Assembly (NCBI RefSeq): GCF_006345805.1
Contig: NC_043000.1
Span: forward strand, 129,642,001 to 129,706,000
Direction of reading: 5' to 3'
DNA from: Octopus sinensis
Lineage: Eukaryota
Length of the DNA: 64,000 bases
The notes beneath the pieces are model-generated. The model did not search any database. It was not told the DNA's origin and saw only the letters and a list, made by a program, of their open reading frames with translations. The position numbers and the translations under genes were made by a program. This document shows positions 53,250 through 64,000 of this stretch, one piece after another (within the stretch, counting starts at the first letter, position 1; every line of letters begins with the position of its first letter).

Positions 53250-53463
53250 TTCTTTCCTACTCTAGGCACAAGGTCCGAAATTTGTTGAGGAGGGGCCAGT
53301 CGATTAGATCAACCCCAGTACGCAATTGGTAATTAATTTACCGACCTCGAAAAGATCAAAGGCAAAGTCAACCTCGGTGGAATTTGAACTCAGAACGTAA
53401 AGACAGACAAAATACCGCTAAGCATTTCGCCCGGCATGCCAACGTTTCTGCCAGCTCGCCGCC
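53250..53463 (-). mobile_element. SINE family B about 75 bp downstream of the tetraspanin exon donor
   Basis: Complete family B body. Confidence 0.85.
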
Positions 53464-53539
53464 TTAATAACATGTAACTACTGGATTAAAAAAATCTCTT
53501 TGGAAAAAAGTTGAATAATTAAACAGAAACAGAACTTAC

Positions 53540-53734
53540 CGTTGCAAGCATACAGCGAACCTCTTTGATTGCCCCGCAACATCCGAGGAATGACAGTATG
53601 ATGACAATGCTGCCCAGGGTTATAAGCATGAAAGCAACAGGCAAAAACAAGTTGCTGCCTAAAGATGTGATGCAGGCTGGCGTGTCATTGGCGCGTGTGT
53701 AGATACCAATGCCCAGTAATACACAACCACATAT
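53540..53734 (-). CDS. Tetraspanin (TM4SF) internal exon: end of TM1, EC1, TM2 and inner loop
   Basis: 195 nt, phase 0/0, flanked by ...ttttatcag-type AG acceptor and GTAAG donor. Manual translation ICGCVLLGIGIYTRANDTPACITSLGSNLFLPVAFMLITLGSIVIILSFLGCCGAIKEVRCMLAT contains the tetraspanin signature LG.I...SFLGCCGA.KE..CML. Not in the ORF track. Confidence 0.95.
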
Positions 53735-54037
53735 CTGATAAAGAAAAATTAGATTTAGTTGTGATATATGAATGTAGTCAAAAGGATATTATATATAAGA
53801 AAACAAAACAAAACAAAAAAACATTAACAGGTGAAGTTTGTTGTGAATCTGAAATCAACACGCACACATATGTATAAATGACATTTACACACATTCACAC
53901 GCATAAACATGTGTGTGTGTGCGTGTGTGTTTGTGTGAGAGAGAGAAAAAGACATGCACACAATGTGTATGCACGTTCTAGTACATATACTTTTTATCTG
54001 TTTGTGTCGGAGAACGTGCACTGTGTACATATATATA

Positions 54038-54090
<53 letters not shown>

Positions 54091-54248
54091 ATATGAAAGA
54101 CAATATATATGTAATAAGAACACCTGGTGTTTCCTGGTGGCCACTGAGTGTGAGGGAGATAATCATTTCTACATACTTATCAAGATTAGAAGACTGAAAT
54201 TTAAAATCGAGTTACAAAGAAAGAGATCTTAAAATTTCTAGCTTACAT

Positions 54249-54354
<106 letters not shown>

Positions 54355-54447
54355 TATGTTGTTAAAACGAAGGCAAATCGAATAGTAATAGTTTTGAAAT
54401 ACTTTAATGCACACCTTTCGTTCGGTCCACGAAATATATCCATATTA

Positions 54448-55027
54448 GTAATGTTATTATCAGCCCGAATATGCTTGAAGCACGTTCGAACCAGTGAACA
54501 AGCTACTCACTGCGTTGTCACTAAAAATATATACCGTTTGTAGACACCTAAATCAGCTCCCACCATCACCTACGCAGACTGTGAACTGCAAGGATTTCGG
54601 AGGAGTTATCCCCTCTTCGGTCACAGACACCAGGCGGGCGGCACTACAAGCTGATTGAAGAGTGCGTCTCTTATGCTTTTCGAGTTGCCATATGGTGACT
54701 GGCAGCGCTATGCAGCGGCTCACCGTAAGTAAATTACAGCGGTGGTGGTGGTGGTGGGGCGCTAAGCAGTGATAAGTAAAATAAGAGAATCATAAGAGAA
54801 TCAATCTCTTCAGCCAGCCCGTAGCGCCTGGTGTCTGTAACTGAGGAGGAGATAACTACTCCGAAAAGTTTGCATCTCACAGTCTGGGTTGGCAGCGCTG
54901 CGAGCTTATCTGGGTATACATACGCCATTTGTCAACAAGCGGGATATATTCTCCGTGACGAAACGCAGTGAGTAGTTTGTTCACTGGTTCGGACATGTCT
55001 TAAGCAGGTTGAGACTGATAACATTAC
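54448..55027. mobile_element. Older fold-back MITE (long imperfect palindrome)
   Basis: Arms 54448-54662 and 54806-55027 share inverted blocks (CGAACCAGTGAACAA.CTACTCACTGCGTT; CAGACTGTGA; ACAGACACCAGGCG; TGAAGAG). No clear TSD. Confidence 0.75.
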
Positions 55028-55524
55028 ACTTTTACTTTTCACTGCTTAGCGCTCTTCTCTGTAATATCCATATTAATCCTCGTAATTTCGTAGCCGAGTT
55101 ACACTTCTGACCATATATGTTGAAATTTTTCCCTCAAGTGGATCATATTTTGAAATATTTCAACTGAGAACGAGCTTACGTAGTGGAAGTATTTCCAATT
55201 ATATATTATAAAGAGCTAAAACATACGTATTAAATGGTTTCAGAATATTACCATTTAGTTTGACTTAATTGTCACAACTTATACAACCCCATGCTAGTCC
55301 AAGTTAGTTGGCCCAGAATCCACTTAACCAGCAACTCTATCAAGGGTTTTGAGTAGTTTGCCATGTTATATTTGAATAGAGTAAAAAATTCTGGCATCGT
55401 GTACCACTTCTTAGCGTAACACGAAACATACATACATATATATACATACATACATATATATAATAGTAGGGAATATAGTTCAAAACTTACAGGGAAAATT
55501 CAATATATATATATTCATACATAC

Positions 55525-55562
<38 letters not shown>

Positions 55563-55608
55563 TCGTATATTGTATATATATACACTCACACACACATATA
55601 TACATACG

Positions 55609-55640
<32 letters not shown>

Positions 55641-55647
55641 CATACAG

Positions 55648-55724
<77 letters not shown>

Positions 55725-57370
55725 TATGTATAGATAGATATATATATATATATAGATACAGATACGTATATATATATGTATGTAAATATATGCATATACG
55801 TTCATATATATATATATACACCTTTACATATGTGCATAAATATCCATATATGTATATATATATGCATATATTTATATATACGCATTATTTTATCTATAAA
55901 TATACATATATATATATTACATTATTTGTTGGTAGTGTAAAAAAGTCACAACACACGCAAGCCTTCCCCAGCACACACACACACACGTTTATGCGTAAAC
56001 ATAAATAAGTATACATACATGCATCAGATATACACTCATATATATGTGTATGTCTGTGTATGTTTATATATTGTTATTTAAGGTATTCATATATCACTCG
56101 ATATGTATTTAGAAGCCCCGATACCCCACATTCCTAGGAATAAATGCATGGATGCTGTAAAGTTCTAAGATTGGAGTATGAGAATTAAATCTAGATTAGA
56201 TTATGAGATCAAAGGAATTTCTCGTTAAGACGGCAATCATAACCACTTCATACGGCATCTTCATATCAACTCATCAAATTAAATTGGAAGCCTCAGAATA
56301 AAGAAAATTAAATAAAAGGAATTCACATCATGTTAGAAATAATTTCTTTTGTTGGTAGACCTTCTTTAAAAAAAGAGAAGAAAAAAAATTTTCTTTAGCT
56401 TTTCCCTTGTGTAGTCACGTTACGAAGTTAGAAGTAACTTTGGTAGGGCAATCGTAGGAGTGTCGTGATAGCTGTGTTGGAGTGGAATTAGAGTTCTTAT
56501 TTAGCTACAGGCTAGCCTGATTGAATAGATTTATGATCAAATGATTTCCAAGTATGAGATAGCTAACATCAATAAGAACACATCTATCGCTCCATCTAAT
56601 TTTAAATACCACATGATTTCGTTTTAAGGATTGGTGTATCTAGGCGTACATTATTGAGAATGACTTTCTGCATTTTTTTTCTTTTTTAAGGTGGCTTGGT
56701 ATAACTCGAAGATTTGGTTGCTATTTCTTGTAGGTTGGGCGAATGGGTAGAGGATTTCTGGTCGGCTGATGTAGTTACTGCTGCTGTTGTTGTTTAGCCC
56801 TTGGCCTATCACGGTTGAATAGACTTCTGATCAAAGGCATTCCAGCTAACACAGTTTCGTGTTTTTAGTGGAAACAAGCAATACATTATCTAATGTGTCC
56901 TTCCCTTTTCTTAAGTGCTATAGTATGATTTAAGGGACATTTGGATCTATGTCAGGTATGTGAAGCACCTCATAAAACTTTTGTAAGTTGTTATTTTTGT
57001 AATTGTTTTGTTACAAGCCAATCCCGGTTAAACACTAATGTTCATATGTATTCCTGCCATGACTTCCTCGACTTTTGTGGGATATCTTGGACTATTTATG
57101 AAATGTGTTCGCTTTTAAAAAACGGTGATTGAGAGACATTTGGTTGCTATCTCAACAGGCTGAGATAGCAATGACAGGCTCCCTCTTTGTCGTTAGTTTC
57201 TACGGTTGATATATCAACATTAATATCACTATAAGGTAAAGGTGGATGTTTAGGTAGAGGCAGCAGCGGTTGTCGTCCTAGTGATGGTAGTAACCATAAC
57301 AACCCAGTAGTGGTATTGCTACTTGTTGTGGGACTGACCCTGGAGCCATGTGGTTGGGAAGTCAGCTTCT

Positions 57371-57601
57371 TATTTCCATATTGCCCACAAGGGGCTGAAC
57401 ATAGAGGGGACAAACAAGGACAGACAAACGGATAAAGTCGATTACATCGACCCCAGTGCGTAACTGGTACTTAATTTATCGATCCCGAAAGGATGAAAGA
57501 CAAAGTCGACCTCGGCGGAATTTGGAATCAGAACGTGACGGCAGACGAAATATCGCTAAGCATTTCGCCCGGCGCGTTAACGTTTCTGCCAGCTCGCCGC
57601 C
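57371..57601 (-). mobile_element. SINE family B nested in a family C head, 17-bp TSD
   Basis: TSD TTGGGAAGTCAGCTTCT at 57354-57370 and 57602-57618. Confidence 0.9.
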
Positions 57602-58234
57602 TTGGGAAGTCAGCTTCTGGCCATACAGCCACGCCTGCGCCTGTATGTTTACATAAATATATTTACACACACACACACCACACACACACACACATCTGTG
57701 TGGGATTTTTTGCCATTCTACGTTTGCCAATGTGCTTCGTCACGTTATCCTTTTGGGTTCCATATATAATGAACGAGCCCAATGCAGGTGCAGCCCTCAC
57801 TCCTTTAAAGTGTTATATCCCAGACATTTCCATAAATAAAGTGAGAAGGACGCAGGAAAGAACAATTACATGGACACCTAAAATAATTAACAAAAGCATG
57901 GTACGTGCTATCAAGTCATACGCGTTTGCGAGAAACGGATGTAGATCTACACACAGACATATACTTACGCAAATGCGCATCTCAGACAGTAGAAGTACGT
58001 ATGAAAAAAATCTGCTGCAGTGAACAGAACGCAAGCTGGAACATATTTCATATTCATAACCATGTGTAAACAAATTATTAGTCTCAGTTGTTTTATTTAA
58101 CCGTACTGTTGCATGTTTGCTAATATTAAACACATTTAACAGATGGAAATTGTGTAAAACTAACTTTTAGCGCATTCCAGACATAGGCGAACTAGTCCAG
58201 GAACGCTTTGATACTGACTCGTACATACATACAT

Positions 58235-58267
<33 letters not shown>

Positions 58268-58358
58268 TACATACATACATACATACGCGCACACACACGA
58301 ATACAAACATATGCACAAACACAAAAACATATATAACGCCCATTATATATATGTCTAT

Positions 58359-58440
<82 letters not shown>

Positions 58441-59129
58441 CTTTGTGTTTGGGCTTGTCGCCTAACTGCTTGACAACGAGTGAAGGTTTGTTTACTTCCG
58501 CAGTTCTGCAAACAGCGAGCTAAAGTGTAAATAACAAACTTTGAAGAAGCACTGGGGTTAACCCAAAACATTTCAAGGCGGGTTGTGCCTCAGTATGAAC
58601 ATAGTTTAGTGACTGAAAAATGCAAAATTACAATACAATACATACATACATACATACATACATACATACACACATACATACATACATACATATAAATTTA
58701 AAATAATAAGGGTGAAAAATTGAATATTAATTTGATTACTATCAATTTAAAACCAGTGGTCTATCATATTAAAATCTGGCGTTTGCTAAATGTTCTTGAG
58801 AACTTTCCTTTCTTAGTGGTAAAACCATAGCGGATCTACTTCTAGCATAATGGATGTCCACGTAGTGTTCATTCCCTTTATATGTGTATATATATTGTTT
58901 TGTCCAAAAGTCACCCGACAGTAAATCAAAATTCCTTAAATACTTAATATTCAATCTTATTTATTCGTTCCAATTATAAACGTTTAATAATTGAATGCTG
59001 TGAGTTAAAATCACCGTTTTTTCAACATTTGTCTATAATAATAATAATAATAATAGTAATAATAATAATAATAACAACAACATCGAAAAATACCCTAGGA
59101 ATGAGAACCCAGGTTCGAAATTTCCCCAA

Positions 59130-59176
59130 GGAACCTGATGATGGCTGGAGGGTAATATCAGCCGAAACTTTGTGTT
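59130..59176 (+). ncRNA. Minimal hammerhead-ribozyme-like motif in a Penelope-like repeat next to (AAT)n
   Basis: CTGATGA-T-GGCTG(GAGGGTAATAT)CAGCC-GAAAC: intact core and 5-bp stem II, with stems I and III imperfect. Confidence 0.55.
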
Positions 59177-59321
59177 AACAACGAAGATGAGGACAAATAT
59201 CCGTCAAATGAAAATAATTTATCTATTTATTAGGAAGTCTCATATAAAATAATATTTTGTTTTAATCTTGGAATTAAATGGTTTCGATTTACTGTCAAGT
59301 GACTTTTGGCTAACGCTATAT

Positions 59322-59403
<82 letters not shown>

Positions 59404-60774
59404 CATATATATCATAAGCTTGTTAAAGCAGAACAAACGAGAGCAACTATAACAGGAGGAAAGAGAACATTCTTATGAACAATAAATGAGGAATCTGCAG
59501 TTTCTGGGACCAGGGTAGGACTTCATATTGGAAACTGCATTCCACTGACGAATTGTTCTATCCAACCGCTATATTTGCTAGAAATAACTGGCAAATTTCC
59601 ATCTTGTTCCTCACTAAGACCATCATATTGGATAATGTAGTCCTACATATATCAAGTATGAAATATTTACGAAAATATGATGGGATGGTCATTGCATAAT
59701 ATTTGCGATGATAATCCTGATAAATGAGGGCGGGTTCGTGTATAGTTTGACAAATCCAACAACGTGGACATTGATGCTTAAAATTTTTGAAAGTACAGGG
59801 CATTTAATATGGAGATTGTAAGTTTGTCGACTTATGTAAAACTGTTCAGAGGTTTGCCTTAACATCTAGAAAGTTCTGTCCCTTGGACGGGTCTACTAAT
59901 GAATTAATTAAAACTGCTGGCTTGTGGTTGTTTAGCTTCAGGTAGCCTTCCTTGCACGGGCTTAAGATAAAAGGTGATACTATCCCGAGCATCCTGTAGG
60001 TCCTGCAGTGAATATTATCTTTCTTTGAAGACTTAATCTGTTTCACATACTAACAGCAATACCTAGCTCTTGGGTGACTTTAACAGCGACACTGTTGGAT
60101 GTTCTTAAAAGTATTTGTAAACGCTGCCCTTCCTTCTATGACTAAGCTGTTAAAAATATCTGGGACTACATCAGCGTCCCTCTTCAGATTGTAGGAGGAA
60201 GATTTCTCTTTTATTGACACATGCTCTGGTTAGTTAATTTCATCTTAATAATTTAATTAAAGGCACTCACTTTAATTAATACTCATGGACCCAATATTAA
60301 TTTAGTGAATGCAGCAGATATGATTGACATTCGAGTGCGTGCATGCACACACATGATCAAATTCAGAGAAACGTACTAATGCGCATGCGCATAACCACAC
60401 ACACATGAAATACACATATACAGAAGCACACATTTGTACATAGTCAATAGTGTTTAGGGTTTCTTTCGGACATTTTGGATTGATGCCGTTACCCATCACT
60501 TTGAATAAAATTCATGTTTATGGTTGTCGCTACGGAGAGATGTAGTTCTGGGATATCGAACCAAAGAAGAGAGTATTTAGTGTGAGGTATCGGGGTTGGG
60601 TGGATGAGAAACATGGGCTGACGAGAGCAGGAGAGGTGATTGAATCATGTGGGACACAGATTAACAATTCAACAGAGACAGAGAGAGAGAGAGGGGAAGA
60701 GGGGAGAGAGAGAGAGGGGAAGAGGGGGAGAGAGAGAGGGAGAGAGAGTTACCGCTGTGTTGTGCTGCGTGCAT

Positions 60775-61060
60775 ACAGCTAACTAGACTGTTGTGTCTAG
60801 TCCATTATTTGACGCCCAAACTCTCTGTTCTCTTCTGTAGTTCCTGTCAGGATGGTGTTGGGCAGAGACCGGTGGCACATTGTATGCCCATCATATGATA
60901 TTTCTGGACTTTATTTTCGGCGATAGGTGTCTTTGGACTTTCAGTTTTTCTAGTATAGCAGCGTCTAAATTGCCGTTTATTTTCTATACTTTTCTCCATA
61001 GCTCTATACATTGACCAAGTTTCTAACCTGTATAACCACTGAAATACAGTTGTAATGCTT
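60775..61060 (-). mobile_element. Highly decayed RTE-like LINE fragment
   Basis: Minus-strand pieces LYRLETWSMY and HRSLPNTILTGTTEENREFGRQ resemble RTE ORF2 C-terminal motifs (LYGCETW; TILQG.VEG.R.RGRQ). Confidence 0.4.
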
Positions 61061-61716
61061 TATAATCAGCATGAGATGTCATACGAGATTGTACATTTTT
61101 AAAGCTGTTAAAGTTGACAGCAGAGTCAACTAGCTTCAGCTTACGTCCTCATAATATAATTTCCTGCATTTACGAAGTTAAAATATAATAAAAATCTATG
61201 TAATCTTAGTACTCAGTACAGACACAGTCAACACTGCGGTGAAATAGAGACCGAAGAACTTTAAAAGTATATATTTGCTTGTTTATGAGGAGTAGGGATG
61301 AGATAGTCGAATGACTGAGGCATTGCGATACTGGATTCATCGTACTTGAATCCCGAACCTGATTCAGTAATTTGAATATATTTCGCAGCACAGCAGTATG
61401 TTGAATGTTGTTTCGGTTTACGATATACCTATCGAGAGTAGATATCAGAGCACCTCGGAATATTGAACCGCTGTTCCGGACTAGAATCCATCATGCGGAA
61501 ACACTGTATGCATTGTATGCATTTGAAAACAGCCTTCAAGTGGTAAATGACGTGTAAAACATTTAACGTTTAACTAATTACACACACGCTTACACCTTTA
61601 ACAGCAGATTTCTGATATATATATAAGGAGAGTTTACGAAAAAAACAAAAGTCTAAGACAGGTGGTGTACAAAACAAACAGATGTATTAGTATAACGCTC
61701 AGGAATAGAAAAAAAT

Positions 61717-61752
61717 CTTTTACGTTTCGAGCCTACGCTTTTCTACAGAAAG
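61717..61752 (-). ncRNA. Minimal hammerhead-ribozyme-like motif (variant core)
   Basis: CTTT-CTGTAGA-AAAGC(GTAG)GCTC-GAAACGT-A-AAAG. Stem I CTTT/AAAG is perfect, the triplet is GUA, and the core has A6U. Confidence 0.45.
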
Positions 61753-61764
61753 GGACATATATAT

Positions 61765-61829
<65 letters not shown>

Positions 61830-62512
61830 CATATATATGAGAGTGTGTGTGTATTTATGCATATCATGTGTTTATATTTATATATGCATATGCGTGTATA
61901 TTTATTTGAATATAAGTATCATATATAATTATATATGCGTATATAATTAAAAGTCTGAATGTCAATGAGTGAATGAGTGAGTGTGAGTGTGTGCATGTGT
62001 GTATGCGTGTGTATGCGTGTGTGTGCGTGTTTGTGCGTGTGTGTGAGACGGTCGGTATTTAATATATTTGTTTTATTTCAACCGTTGATTTGAATACAGT
62101 TTATAACCTGCTTCAGGAAAGTTAATAAAGAAAGGAAATAAAATGTGATGAATTCCTTCTCATTGCTATCTTAGTTTATATTCATTGGCGATACGTGCAA
62201 GAATGATATCATGTAATAATATTAACAAGCCACTGCTCATAATATCCGCTTTTCCGAAAAGGAACTTATTGATTTCAAGTTCTCTCTTTAGACGCGTTGG
62301 TCTGCATATATTGAAAAGGTGATAAATATATAGTTTCATACATATATATATATATATGCATGTACACATAATATATGTAGGCACATCTGTATATGCATTT
62401 AGCATATTATGTATATGCATGTATGTAGATAATGAATATGCATGCACATATATGTAAATGAAGCTGTATATAGTATATATTCATATATGTACGTACATAA
62501 TATACCGATACA

Positions 62513-62553
<41 letters not shown>

Positions 62554-62756
62554 CGGATATATGTGATATACGTATATGCATATAATGTATATAAATGATA
62601 TATATATACATACTATGTATGTCTGTATAAATACATAAGAATATACAAACAGCTATAAGCAGAAATACACACATGTATTTGGTTATTTTGGGAATAGTCA
62701 TTCATAGAAGTAACATCTTCGAATATAAGTCGCCATTTTAAAATCTGTGTATGTAT

Positions 62757-62818
<62 letters not shown>

Positions 62819-62916
62819 TATATTAAATATATATATATATAAATAATATATATAAATAATATATATATAAATATATATATATATAAATATATATATATAA
62901 ATATATATATATATAA

Positions 62917-62993
<77 letters not shown>

Positions 62994-63748
62994 GTACGTG
63001 TGTGTGTGGGGTGTATACATATGTGCATATAGTGTAGTTATTCACATACATGGCTATGAGCTTGTATGTGAATTTTAGCTTTTGCGTGCGTAACAGTTGA
63101 TTCACTTTCTTAGCAGGATGACGTTAGATAGATAGCTTCCGCACTGAGGGTTTAATCACCACAGCAAGATGAAATCTCGTTATGGAGTTGCTGAAATATA
63201 TCGTTATTCTAAACCTCTACGGCATATCGCTAGTATTTTCACTGTTTATCACTCAGCTCGCATCCTCTTCGGCTATATTGTTGCCGACGTTTACATTACT
63301 TAATCGTTATTCTCAATCTCTATGATATATTGCTAACATTTACATTGTTTAATGTTGTTCTCTACATTAATGTTGTATATATTACCTGATGATTACACAG
63401 GTTTATCACTATCTTCAGCTTCCATAATGTATTGGTGCAAGCGAACGTTAGCTCTTGATCATCCAATACATATGAAAGATGTTCAATTCTCGGATGAGGC
63501 ATTTAGTCTCAGTTCTTACATCTCTCGATCCCAGCCGTAATTAACACGTTGGAAAAGGATGGGGATGGGTATATGCATCACTAGGTTGACTTGCTCTTAA
63601 TAACCCCTATGAACGCAATGTTATTTAGAGACACCCAACTTTCTTTCGCAGCCATAGTTTCATAACACGGTGAGCTGGCTGGCAGAGCCGTTAGTGCACC
63701 GGACAAAATGCCGTTAAGCATTTTGTCCGTATTTACGTTCTGAATCGA

Positions 63749-63862
63749 AAAATATATAAAACTTAGTGCGCATGTACAACACAGTTCAAAGTCAATCTGT
63801 ACCAAGCGGCTTCACTGCATTCTTTAGCTTCGTTACCATGGCAAATTATTGATCAGACCACG
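63749..63862 (-). mobile_element. 5' terminal fragment of the same mariner family as 41245
   Basis: Reverse complement CGTGGTCTGATCAATAA...GTAACGAAGCTAAAG.ATGCAGTGAAGCCGCTT.G.ACAGATTGAC matches 41245-41370. Confidence 0.75.
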
Positions 63863-64000
63863 TATAAATGTATATATATACATAAATATTTTCTGTTGGT
63901 CGAATAAATCTCTTACTACTCAGTGTTATTGTGATGGAGTAAGTAAGAAAGCAGAGTGAACGGAATGACCTTAGCGAATCAAGAATAAAAGACACAATAA

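Overview
Eukaryotic, AT-rich, microsatellite-dense genomic DNA. The SINE families and repeat landscape resemble an octopus (coleoid cephalopod) genome; this is inferred from memory, not from a database match. The only host protein-coding sequence I can support is two minus-strand exons of a tetraspanin: 53540-53734 (end of TM1, EC1, TM2) and 22081-22155 (TM3), joined in phase 0 across a 31.4 kb intron. I did not find the first coding exon or the EC2/TM4 exons, which probably lie outside the window. The rest is intronic and filled with mobile DNA: three tRNA-derived SINE families, decayed Tc1/mariner elements, RTE and CR1/L2-type LINE fragments, two fold-back MITEs, a tandemly duplicated Helitron-like element and Penelope-like remnants with hammerhead-like cores. 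The most notable object is a full-length U6 snRNA copy (51795-51902, minus) fused almost directly to a retroposon 3' tail. A CR1/L2-type LINE end and a SINE family in this window carry the same tail, whose terminal hairpin covaries among the three. There is also a recurring pattern of local inverted (snap-back) duplications. Most entries in the ORF track are microsatellite artefacts.
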